A DNA stretch of 64,000 bases from Lobosporangium transversale (lineage: Eukaryota). The DNA lies in assembly GCF_002105155.1 (NCBI RefSeq), contig NW_019028997.1, positions 62,001 through 126,000 of the forward strand, written 5' to 3'. Numbering within the stretch: the first letter of the stretch is position 1; each line of letters begins with the position of its first letter. A program made the translations under genes and the position numbers. Shown here in pieces: positions 11,240-22,508 of this stretch. Below the pieces are notes generated by a model. The model did no database searches and was not told where the DNA came from. It was given only the letters and a program-made list of their open reading frames with translations.

Positions 11240-14200
11240 ATGGAGCCAATGCCAACTTTATGTGAGCAATCACTGTCAGACTTAAGCCTAGCAACAACAT
11301 CCACAGCGCCTACGACGCTGGCACCTACCAATGTCCCATCAGTTGCACTGGCTCCAGACGTTGAAACAACACCACCATCACTACCATTACTTAGGCGTTC
11401 CAGAGAGCGTCCAAGGGAGGACCCTTTGCAGACAGTGCAGCGCCAGCCCAAAAAGGCATGTCCATTTCCATTTGCCAAACCAGCCTTCAAGAGATGTGAT
11501 CCGCTCGACGCACTGCTATCTATGCAATACGCTTCCGAGTGTCAGGGCCAGGGTCGTCCAAGTGTAGAGGACCAATTCATTGCAGATACGAAGAATCTTT
11601 CAAAAATATCAATAAATACACTTTCCTCATATCAGAGTATATTTAATCTATGGAAGGTAACAAACCGACTATTTTTTCGTCTGTTGTGCTATCTCAAAGA
11701 GGGGTTATAATATCGACAATATCCTTGTAACTTTGCCCAAATGTCCTAAACAGGCATTTCGCGAGAGATATCGCGGTCGGTATGCAGGTGAAGATGGCCA
11801 TGCATTGTACTTGGTGGATTCGGAGGACAAAATCATTAGTTTTTTCCAAGAAGTTATTTTAAAGCGAACTATAACCAAGCACATCAGGGTAGGAGCGGAT
11901 CTCCGTACGCAGCCTGCTGCCCCCGAGGAGGGCTTTTCAACTCAAGACAAGACTGATCTCGTCAAAAGTACACAACAGCAGAGCAATGGCTTTTGATCTG
12001 TTTGTTAATGAGTTATTAATAGATACTACTTTATTAAAATATCCTCCCTTTCCATACACCCCTCGTTTGCCTCTCATGTAGTTTTAGACGCAGCTTCAGT
12101 GGGCGAAAATAGCCAAAAGCTGGTAGAGGTACCACTTGGTCTTCAAGCTATAAAGATGGCCAAAAAAGCTCTATGTCGAATCCATTGGTTACAAAGTCTG
12201 CGAAAAGATGTAAACCAAGATCTTTCGCCGTCCCACATGCGCACATTCCTGGCTATCTATGAACAGCATATAGTAAGACTTTATATCGAAGTCGCTCAAT
12301 CGGGTGAACGCGATGTAGCGGACTGTCTAATGCGAGATGGCTACACTCTCAGTCAGCTCAATGAAATATTGGAAAGCCTTTGGACGAAGGATAAATTTTT
12401 ACCAAAGAGGCGAGGGCGAGAGTATGATACTAATTATCACGACGCCTTTTGTATAACTGCACGCCACAACATGCTGCTTCGAGACGAGGAGCTTCGTCAC
12501 ACTAGCTTTGCGGATTGCTTCAGCAACATCATTACACAAAAGGTTCAAAGGGGGCAGCAAGCCATTGATCTTATCTTCAAAATCAACAAGGGCAAGACCA
12601 ACAAGAATAATGAAAACTGGTATGCGTGTGCATTGCGACATGCAGATATACGCAGATGCCCCTTCAGCGCCTTTGCCTTTTACATGTATCAGCTTTGGCA
12701 AGTAAGTTCCCAATTGTTACTCCTTTGGTCAATTATTTAATAAGGTGTGTGTGTGTAATCTTTGATTATTTGATGACGGACGATAATCACTCACTTTTCT
12801 TTTTTTTTTTTTTTTTTTTTTTTTTTTGTTTTCTTGTCTTGCTTTCTATGGTCGTAATTTCATTTTTCATCACAAGGGTTCGGAGCATACTTTAGTCAAG
12901 AATCTTCAAATTGAAGATGTTGTAGAATCAATTAAGAGCCCTGATTTCATTCGACTCAAGCTCATCCCAGGCGATGATGATCCGACAAAAAGGCTCGTCC
13001 CTCAATCGACTTATCGTGTTGTGGATACTCTTTACGAGTTGCACAATATTAACAGTCCTCGGAAGACTCATGCAGGTCGCCATGCCGGCACTATGGAGGC
13101 TCATAGGCTAGGCATAAGTTAGGAGGACATTAAGGCAGGAGGACGGTGGACCGCAGAACGAGGTCGCATGGAAAACTTTTATTTACCATGTTTGCCTTCG
13201 AAATTTGCACTTGGGATGGCAGGATTTTATAACGAGCCTTTCTTCCTCGCTCGAAACTCTGTCATCCCACCAAAGGCACTCCAGCTAATGATTTTTCCTT
13301 GGATTGAAGATTTCTTTGGAAAAAACAATGTGTGGTGGAGGAATGAATGCTTAAGGGAAATGGACGAAGTGGATCCAAACATCGTGCCCGACATTTCTGC
13401 TGCGTCAAAACCTGGAACGGCAGTAGAAACCAACCAGTTAGCTGGACCTTCTTCGAACACAATCCTTTATTCGGAACTTGATATCTCCACGTCCGGGTTT
13501 CTGAGACTGCTTGTACGATGCCGGCGAATCATACTTCAAGATGCTGCATCTCGACTACGCTATCATGATGCTGTTAGCAATGACCAACAGAGCAGGATTT
13601 TGGAGGATGATATCTTCAGATCACCTTTATTCTTGGAGTTCCAAGAAGAGATGAACGCTGTTGTGGTGAAGGGTCCTGAGGCTAATATTTCGCAAAAGTT
13701 GACTACAATGGTTCCTGAGATTGCAGAAGGGCTCGAGGAAGTTTGGAGGAGTTCAAATAGCAACGCTCCACTCATACAGCAACAATTAAAAGAGCTGCAG
13801 CGACGACTGCAGTAACAGCAACAGCAACGACTGCAGCAACAGCATCAGCAACGGCTGTACCAACAGCATCAGCTCGAGCTACATCAGATAGGAGCACAAT
13901 TACAGCAGTATCTTGTCAAGATCAATCAACAATACCAATATCAGCAATATACGTTCAACTTTATGCAATATATTTACAACAATCAATGCCAACAACAGCA
14001 ATCATCTCAGGGGATGTCTAGTCCTCATCCTTCATTAGCTTTTCCTTCACTGGCTGCTCCTTCTCTACTGGTGGTACCCAATCCACCAAATGCATCATTG
14101 CTAACCACACCTCAGCTCCATCAGTCTTCTCTGCAGTCGACGACTCAATCACCAGAGGGCTCTGCAGCACCAACATCAGCAAAGAAAAAAAGAAAACGAG

Positions 14201-14250
14201 ACACATGGATCTCTTATACACCACAAAAATTTCAAAAACTACGCGCCTGA
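11240..14250 (+). mobile_element. Crypton-type DNA transposon encoding a tyrosine recombinase (NDC10 domain II-like); pseudogenised by two nonsense codons
   Basis: Four in-frame exons (~11240-11656, 11754-11967, 12082-12701, 12877-14250). YR catalytic motifs: 'MLLRDEE' (R), 'KGKTN' (K), 'ALRHADIRRCPFSAFAFY', 'KTHAGRH' (HxxR), 'GGRW' and 'MENFYL' (Y), followed by 'MAGF...FFLAR'. In-frame TAG at 13120-13122 and TAA at 13813-13815. Confidence 0.88.
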
Positions 14251-14364
14251 TTACTTTGATTATTGTGGCACAGCTCATTTTCTCACAAAAAAAAAAAAAA
14301 AATAAAGCATAAGAACATTTTATCTCTCAGCACTCATAATGCCAAAAGAAAATAAATCAACCTC

Positions 14365-14454
14365 TACACGTCTGGCACGAGGAAATGAATCAAAGAATTT
14401 TACACGTCTGGCACGAGAGAATAAATAAACCACGAACTCTTCACGTCTGACAAG
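14365..14454. repeat. Three imperfect direct repeats, core TACACGTCTGGCACGAG, period ~36-40 bp
   Basis: Exact copies at 14365-14381 and 14401-14417; degenerate copy TCACGTCTGACAAG at 14441-14454. Confidence 0.8.
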
Positions 14455-15195
14455 CAATGTCGAGGATCTCTAAATCTTCTATCACAGGCAATCAATCTCC
14501 AGCAAAGGCCAAGAACAACAAGTCCCGCCAAATTGAATAATGCTACCCATTATCCATTTTTAATTATTACAATCCTCATCCCCTTCAATATTTTAATGCT
14601 ATTTCTCGCTTCAAATCGGGTAACTAGGTAGAGTTTGAATCCCTTTATTGGCCTCTCTTTTAGAGAGGTCTTTGCCGATTATACGTCTATTACCTAATGA
14701 ACTTCTTGTATTTGATAAGCATTTAACCAACAAAAAGCCCATTAACGGCGCCGTGAAAATCTCAAATCATCGCCGATGAGACTTTTTCTATCTCGATAAA
14801 TACTGAAAGGATCCTTATTCTTTTTTATCTGGTGCATATTGTTGTCTTCTATTACATGTTGCATGGGCATGGTACCACCCTTCCGAGAAGGATAGGTGTA
14901 ACATTCGCTCTAATAGCGTCAGTGATAAGCTTCTCTAAAAGAGAGAGGTGAGGACATCCCAGAATAGCCATCCATTAAAAAAAAAAAAAAAAAAAGCTCT
15001 AAATGTTGGCGGGGGAGTGAGAATTAGCAGTCGACGGGGAGATCAAGATTTTGGGAATCTTGACGGGGGATGAGGTTCAGGGCTCCGAATAGAGGAGGTA
15101 TTCGCGAGGGTGCTTTGAGCTGGGGGTACAGTTTTCCTTTATTCTTTCAAGAAGGTAAAATTTATCTCAATTTTGGAAGCAAGAATTTTACGCGT

Positions 15196-15943
15196 TTTTT
15201 TTTTTATAACAATTTGTCTATCTAAACGAACAACGCCATACAACTGATGTCCCCCATCCTCTGGAGAGGATCGATTTACAGTCACCATAGGTCTAGTCAC
15301 GTTCCCCCGGTAAATCCTTCGGGTGCTGCACGACTATTGCCACGGCGCAGCACCGTGCTTAACGTCGAAAGCATACTGTCGCAGGAAATGAATCGTCCTA
15401 ACAATCTCTACAACAGAATCTTGTCTACGGCGGATGGCTCAAGCATAGGTCCTGGACAGCATCTGTTACGATTCGCATCCATTGCCATACCACAAGGATA
15501 AAAGCCTTCTGCTGTCATAAATCCATATCCGTTGCTCCAGTTACCTCTTAATCCAGTGTGTGGAGCACGCTTCTGCCTCGGGCTCACACCTCAGCCCTTC
15601 TCCTTGGCGATGGTTTCCTTACAGCGTAGCCAGTGCTCCTATTCGAATGGTTCGAGTATCTAATGGTTCAAATAGGAGCACTGAGCGTAGCTTCCAAATA
15701 AACTCCCTAGCCTGCTGCTCAAGGTAAGCCAATGAGCTTGTGAATCACTTTACGAGTGATAGATCGCGCTATGCGGAACAGAGGACTCCATTCGTTTATC
15801 AAACTAAGTGGTGTAGTGCGTGCACGACCCCCAGCGATCTATGCACAACAAAGTCTCTTCCAATTGTTACTATGGGTTTCATCAAGGGCACTACAAGTCC
15901 GTACATGCCTGTTATCTTCGTCCTTTTTTTAATTTGTCTTCAA

Positions 15944-15945
<2 letters not shown>
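15196..15945 (-). mobile_element. Decayed non-LTR retrotransposon 3' fragment, family A
   Basis: T-run at 15196-15206 (poly-A tail on the minus strand). After removing the MITE and one frameshift, the minus strand reads 'TPLSLINEWSPLFRIARSITRKVIHKLIG/YLEQQAREFIWKLRCKETIAKEKG', which is homologous to the 'IWNKRCK..EWEK..GI' motif in ORF 16208-16594. Confidence 0.7.
15631..15683. mobile_element. hAT-type micro-MITE (53 bp), same TIR family as 3985-4082
   Basis: TIR CAGTGCTCCTATTCGAA / TTCAAATAGGAGCACTG (1 mismatch), with the 8-bp TSD AGCGTAGC at 15623-15630 and 15684-15691. Confidence 0.93.
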
Positions 15946-15946
<1 letters not shown>

Positions 15947-15980
<34 letters not shown>

Positions 15981-16650
15981 CAAGGGCCCTCAGGGCCACG
16001 GGATTTATTTTCTACACTCTATGAACAAAATGCTCCAGAGACTATAGTCAATAAACGGTTATTACTGCACAAACGGCAAGAGCCGCTGCATCCATGATTT
16101 CATAAACCCTGACCGCCGTGGTTGGTACTCAAAGTCCACCTTCCCGACGTGGCCTGAAGCACAACGTGACAAATTATCCGCTATCCATAGTCATCGAAAA
16201 CCCCATTTCACCTAGCCCGCTCCATCACGTCTAGTTTGGTTTTCCCAAGGTAACTGTCCCGGACTCGGTCATCCGCAATCTTGTAGATCCCTTTCACATT
16301 CAGTTTCTGTCTTTGTCTAAGGGAAGGGACAAGGAAACCATTGCTACTACGTCTGTGCTCCCCAACACAGTTGCGTCCTCTAGCGCGTTTGCTCATAGCA
16401 GTGATTCCACGAGCCTTTTCCCATTCAACAGTAACTTTACACCGTTTGTTCCAGATCTCTGTACGACCGAATTCTTCTATGGCCTTGACGAAGCGCCCTG
16501 CCATATATGTAGCTATCCTTGTTGTTGTCTTGAAGCCAACTTTCCAACTCTGAGCAATGGACTTGGGCGTAAGTCCATGGTAAATGTCCTGCACAGACCA
16601 CTCTGGTGTGTGCTCTCTCTCTTCCTCATCACCGTCGTTCCTATCACCAT
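15947..16650 (-). mobile_element. 5'-truncated non-LTR retrotransposon (LINE) 3' end, family B copy 2
   Basis: ~30-nt T-run at 15947-15976 (poly-A tail). ORF 16208-16594 carries the C-terminal 'EIWNKRCKVTVEWEKARGI' motif typical of fungal LINE ORF2 ends. The 3' UTR is shared with 10546-10897. Confidence 0.8.
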
Positions 16651-16747
16651 GGCGTCGTACTTAGCGGAGAACACTAGGCTGTCTCGGAGAGAAAGTATAA
16701 AAACTCAAGCAAATCCCTGACCTGGCACATGTTTGCTTCACTTTATG

Positions 16748-16819
16748 TGCCTTAACCAGGACTCGAACCCGGCCCCTGGGCTAGACAGGAGGGTGCCCTG
16801 ACGAGTATACTACTCAGCC
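16748..16819 (-). pseudogene. tRNA-derived sequence (pseudo-tRNA or SINE-like head, Asp-GTC-like)
   Basis: Minus strand GGCTGAGTAGTATACTCGTCAGGGCACCCTCCTGTCTAGCCCAGGGGCCGGGTTCGAGTCCTGGTTAAGGCA. The T-arm and B box are intact (CCGGG-TTCGAGT-CCTGG), the acceptor stem is partial, and CT-GTC-TA sits at the anticodon position but its stem does not pair. Confidence 0.65.
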
Positions 16820-16949
16820 ATTGGGCTTAAGCCAAAGTGATTTAAATACTAGGATTGATAAAGGAAATAATGATAAAAGTACTGAATGATGATGGAAATA
16901 ATGAAGAAGAGGATACGTAAATAGCAGATTTACGACACAATCAGTGTAT

Positions 16950-17032
16950 GGTGGGATGGCCGAGTTGGTCTAAGGCGCCGCACTCAAGTTGCGGTCTCGA
17001 GAGAGGCGTGGGTTCAAATCCCACTTCCACCA
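16950..17032 (+). tRNA. tRNA-Leu (CAA), no intron
   Basis: Acceptor GGTGGGA/TTCCACC; D-arm GCCGAGTTGGTCTAAGGC; anticodon arm CCGCA-CTCAAGT-TGCGG; long variable arm; T-arm GTGGG-TTCAAAT-CCCAC; T-run downstream. Confidence 0.96.
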
Positions 17033-17651
17033 CTTATTTTGCAATATTTTTCTTCATAATTGGACAGACATTCTTGCGGATGCCACGTTATTCGGCGGCC
17101 TTCAGGGTTTGGAAAGTCTATCAGTGATTCTTACTTTTGCCATTTATACCTTATTACTCTTTGTATTTAAAAATCAATGGATTATATAAATCCGACAAAA
17201 ATAGGGCAACTAAGGTACATGTACATTTATATAGTATATAATTGTCATCGCTCCACACAATCTTGTTCAGGTAGGATTGAAAAGCTGATATTGAACACGA
17301 AGATGACAATGAACATTACTGAGTTGAAAAAATTAAGGTCTAAAATGGATACAGGACAGGAGAAAGAGATCCAATTGGACAGGCTTGTATGAATTGTACG
17401 ACTTGAACTATTGGGTTGTAAAAAGAAATCTTTTTCTTCCAGAAACACTGCCCTTTCCTGTCCTGCCTCAGACTCTCTTTCATCTCGTCGCCACGATTGG
17501 ACCAAGCTACTGATCGCCCTTTTCTTTCTACTTTTTTTTTCGATTTTTTTTTTTTATTTTTATTCTCGTCATCTGTCACCGTACTCTTTCAGTTCACTCA
17601 GGATATAAAAGCCCTAGAAAAAAAAAAAAAAAAAAAAAGTAGTGGTTGTAT

Positions 17652-18609
17652 ATGGATCCAGAACGAGGCTTCGGGTCAAAGATGTCACACCATCACAGTT
17701 CAAGCACAAGTACAAACAGCCATCATACATCAACAAATGGAACCATCCAGCATCAACACAACATTACCGCTACTACTGTCAACAATGTCCATTCCAACAG
17801 TACCTCTGCCACCAGTATAGACTCTACTCAACAGTCCAGAGCAAGATCATATTCACATTCGCATCATTCCGCTAGTCATGGTCACCACACCTCTTTTGCA
17901 TTACCATCTTCAGGATTAACACCGATAGGGGCTCCATCAGCAGGATTTGGACTTGAAACAGGTACGAGAGCAGGACTTGGAAGTAAAGGAGGATTGTTTG
18001 GCTCAAATTTCTTGTCAGCCCTCAAGATCAACATACATCACCATAGTCATCATCTGGATCACTTTTCGCGCTCCATTACTGCAAGAGTACGACGCTTCTT
18101 CAGGTCCAATGGCGTGTTTCACAATGCTACAGGAACAATCCGCCGCGTTCGGTTCGGAGTCTTGTTGCCACTTGCTGCACTCGTACTCTGGCTAATCATT
18201 ATTATCAACTCATTCCTCTTCCGTCTGATGTTTGGTGCAAGGGACGGTCGTGGAAATCCCAATGAGCCGATGCAGCCCCCAACTTGGATCGATCGTGGTG
18301 ATATCTCTGATCTGGATCTGCGGCCCACTGAGGGGACAAATATGACAACGGCGATTCTGCTCAATTGGTCACGTTTGGACTCTTTGAAGGAGATTGTGGA
18401 TCATCTATGCCCTCATATAATGTTCAAGGAGATTATGATCTGGAACAATAAAGTGGACATTCACCTTGAAGAGAAGGTAATTCAAACTATCATCTACTCT
18501 CATATCTAGAGCAGGAGCAGAGGACGAAAGTGAATGATACGGGCACTTTAGACAGGATGAGCGAGTCCAACACTACCATCGACATAGGGCTATTGGAAAA
18601 GGAGCGTCG

Positions 18610-18641
<32 letters not shown>

Positions 18642-20591
18642 TACCCATGGCCGCTGCAAATATACCATAAACAAATAGGACATCTGGGACAAATGGACTT
18701 GATAACACAAAACTAGTGGAATTGGTTTCATGGAATGTGCGTTTAGTGCGACTGCTATGCTTGTATAGAAAATGTGAAAAGGACCCTTTTCACAATCTGT
18801 TGAGCCTGATTCTCATGAAGATCATGGCCGATGCATCATTGCTTTGCAATTCCCAGGCTCATAATAGAATTTTAAAAAGCTCACAACCAACGCTTTCCTT
18901 ATTTTTCTTTCCATTGGCTATTTGTATGTATGTCCTTGTCTTCTAATAGATGTTTAATTGTCCAAAGGTGCGTGTGTTCAATTCACCCAACAACATGTTC
19001 TTTGTCGCCCGATACATGGCATGTGCAATGGCTTCTTCTCCATACTGCTACTTCCAGGACGATGATTGGAAGATCTTTTATCTCCGATCAATGTATGCCA
19101 ACTTCTTACGGTTCCCACAGTTCCTGCACACTGATACTAACTCGGATGTATGGTCCTTGACCAACTGGCGCTGGTGCTTCTTCGAGGATGGTAGGTGACA
19201 TTTATATATCATTTGTTATTTGCATAAAGAAAGAGTATTTTGATTCATGGCTGGAGCATTTATATAAATATATTTATATATATATTATTTTTCTTTTTTA
19301 CCTGGGGGGACGATACAGAGGTCAACATGCATGCATGTTTCTCCTGGCTCGGAACAGGGGCCATGGCAACTCGCGAAAGTGTTGTCAAGTTCCTAAAGCA
19401 ATCGTCCATAACGGAGATGGATCCTCTAGAGTTTGCATATGGAGACATGTACTTTTCCACTTTTTTGAACCAGGTTCCATACCAATTGGAGAACTATCTC
19501 AAAGAGCTGGTTGATCCAGCGCAGGATGTTGTGGCATTTAGCAAAGGCTCGGAAGGAAAGACTAGAAACAAGCTTTATATGGTAATGAATATTTGGAGTT
19601 GGCTATAATGTATTGCATAGCATTGCACTGCAAAAAAAAAAAAAAAAAAAAAAAAAAGAGGGCATCAATACCGACAGCTCGGCTGTGTCAGTCATTAACG
19701 TACTTTACTATTGCCATTTGCGATAGCACAAAGCCGCGCAGAAAGTTTGGGAAGCATTGAAAAGAAAAGACCCTAATTTTGAGCGAGAAGAGCTGCATCC
19801 AACATATCTGGAACGCGATGTACGGTCACCATGCGCCGACGATCGTTGCCTAGTGCTCTCTAATAAGAATCCATTCCCAGACGTCAGAATGTTTAAGTAT
19901 CGTCCTTACATCGATATTGAGGAGAATGAAAAGATCCATACTCAATATGAGGATCCGACACCTTATGTTCGCCATCCTTTCAGTCATGCTGTTGATGGGA
20001 TGGATGATACAGCGTACAAGAGCACTCGCTCTATTGTTCAGGGTGATTATATTGGAATCGACATGTTATTACCAGTGGACCGTAAGATTGAGTACAGGCT
20101 TCTCTATCAAATGGGAGATCAATGGATTAAACATGCCAAGCTTGAAGTCGCAGGCGGTGATGCCGTATATGTAAGTCGATATGAAGTTAATTTGAACATT
20201 AACATTAAAAGATCAATGTCGCTGACCTCTTTTTTTCTGCGATTTTACTTAGCGGGACATTCCGTTCACATATAACTGCAAAGAAGTACGGAATCCGGAT
20301 TATCGTGGCAAAGTGTCACTTGATGTCGAGCGCGCGTTCCTAAACCAGCCTTTGGACCATCGTGTGTTTGATGCCAGTGAGCTCGAGAAGCATGGATATG
20401 GCCAGGACATTGATGGGGGCGATAGTCGTAATAAGAAACCCATTTTATCATACTATGAAGACTATGGCTGGAGGACACAGTGTAAGTTTGTGGTTCATGA
20501 AGCAAAAGGATTCAGGTTCATGCGGCTTGTTAGTGGCCGTGACGAGAGATATCCTTTTGTGATTTATGACCTTGGTTGGAAAGTAATCTAG
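17652..20591 (+). CDS. Type II membrane GT-A-fold glycosyltransferase (GT64/exostosin C-terminal-like), 5 exons
   Basis: His/Ser-rich N-terminus and a single TM segment ('VLLPLAALVLWLIIIINSFLF'), then 'TAILLNWSRLDSL...KEIMIWNN' and 'ARYMACAMASSPYCYFQDDDW' (DxD). Exons ~17652-18476, 18950-19191, 19319-19581, 19727-20170, 20253-20591. Confidence 0.62.
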
Positions 20592-22459
20592 AATTATAAT
20601 AAAAATATGATAGTTTTAAACAGTGTTTATGGTTGAATATCATTTTCTTTTATCCTTTCTATAACCAACAATGTATGGTCCTAATGATCAAATGTAATGA
20701 TTCTGTTCTCTCCAATATTCCAATGTTTATATCAAGTATCTGTGTTTAACTAATATGGCCTCCTTTTGCCTCTGCTACTGTCCACTTTTTTTTTTTTTTT
20801 TTTTTTTTATTTACTGCCAACATGTTGAGGTCATTGTGGCTGTTCGGTAGAGTCTGCCCTTTAGTAGAATGAAGCACTTTTTCCGTTTGTGCAACGCGAT
20901 TGCCTTATCTGTTTGTTGGCCCAATACACAGAATACAATCACAAAAAAGAAAAAAGACCTTCTAGGGTGCAGGCATAGAAGTGAAACAGTACTCTATCGA
21001 TACACACAAACACTCGGCGGTAGTTCACCAAATATATAGCATCCATTTCATAAATATTAGGTATCAACGGAATTAATTGTGGGACCATCGTTGTCAGTAT
21101 ATTTATACTTTATTGTTTATTGTTTATTATCCTTTTTTAGCACAGAAGAGTGATGGATAGTAAGCAACAAGATGGATAGCTGTTTTGGCCATCTTAGCTC
21201 CCTTCAAAGCTCTAATTGACTACATCCCATCCGAAAGTGGTTTATGATGTTATCAAATTTGGGGAGGTGAAGATCACATGCACATTTTTGTGTACATGTA
21301 CATGTACTTTTGATGCCGATGCTGCCATGTCACATCATCTTCGTACTGTGCACATGTATATTAAAGGAACATAAGGTAAGGTAGATAGTTAATCGAGCTA
21401 TAAGGGATAAAGTTGTAAAGAACCCTTCTCATCAACCAATGGATGCTCAACGATGTTGGAGAGCCAGCCTTCTAAACTAAAGAAGCTGAAAAATGCTATT
21501 GCATTTTGTGATGGATAAAGGAAAGCTTATTTTCTGTTTTTCTTTCTTCCTTTCTACTTTTGGAGGGATTAGTGGTCATGACATCGCATGTGTAGAAAGG
21601 CGCAAGTCCTAAATAGGTCTAGGATGCTTATAGAATATATATATTATATGAGAACGGTATATAATAGAGTTGCAAACTATCTAAAAACCAGGCACATATC
21701 CTTTTGTGTTTTCTGATCTGATCTTACTGATAAGTCAGGGCTCAGAAGCCATTTAGTCCCTGTGCATACATGGCCATTTATCTCTGTCATAAATATTTTG
21801 TTTTTGTTCTTTTTTTCCCTTTAAAATAAATAAATAAAAACCTACATTTATAATCCGATTTCAACTTACGCCAAAGAATAGAGAAGAGAAGAATGATCTT
21901 GTCATGACAAGTTAACAACTGTGAGGCTGAGTTCTGTTTTTACATCAAACTATTGACAAAGAAACCAGAATGTGTGAAGAGGTGAACTCTTGGTCTCCAT
22001 GTTCTGAACTCAGGGGGAGAAGGAGAGAGAGAGAAGGGATTGAGATGATTGTGGGGAAGTCGGAGTTGAAGAGCGGAAGAGGGATGTAAGGTTACGTGTA
22101 GAAGAGTCTAATTTGATCGTGCGATTGTGTTGACAAGACCAAAGAGTGAACATGCATGGGGCCCTGTGCAACAAACAGTTTTTAGTCCGTGAAATATAAT
22201 CTGCATCCCACATCGCATGCATTTCATTGGCGGGTGAGGTTGTCAACAACAAACACCCTGCTTCGCGTTACACACGCGTGTGATTAGCCTGTTTTATCTT
22301 TTTAAAAAATGAGCTGCAGCTGTTCCGATATATTTGTTCTCTTTTTTTTTTAAAATGGGAAGTCGAAATAACACATGCTTGGTTTTCCCCCATCAGATCT
22401 TTTCAGTTATCTGTTACAAAGAAAAATAACGGCCTGAATGAACAAAGAAGAAAAAGAAG

Positions 22460-22508
22460 AAGAAGTAGAAGAAGTAGAAGTAGAAGTAGAAGTAGAAGTA
22501 GAAGTAGA
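22460..22508. repeat. (GAAGTA)n microsatellite
   Basis: Visible tandem hexamer run. Confidence 0.85.

Noticed and set aside
13120..13815. Stop-codon readthrough or an alternative genetic code in the Crypton
   Set aside because: Neighbouring host genes terminate normally at TAA/TAG; point mutations in a dead element are the simpler explanation.
14365..14454. CRISPR-like repeat-spacer appearance
   Set aside because: Only 2-3 short imperfect units, spacers resemble each other, eukaryotic context, and no cas genes.
16796..16860. Hammerhead ribozyme suggested by CTGACGA
   Set aside because: No matching GAAA core or stems; the sequence is explained as the reverse complement of the tRNA-like head.
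18510..18605. Extra exon inside the first glycosyltransferase intron
   Set aside because: It would need a ~33-nt intron and gives an in-frame TGA.
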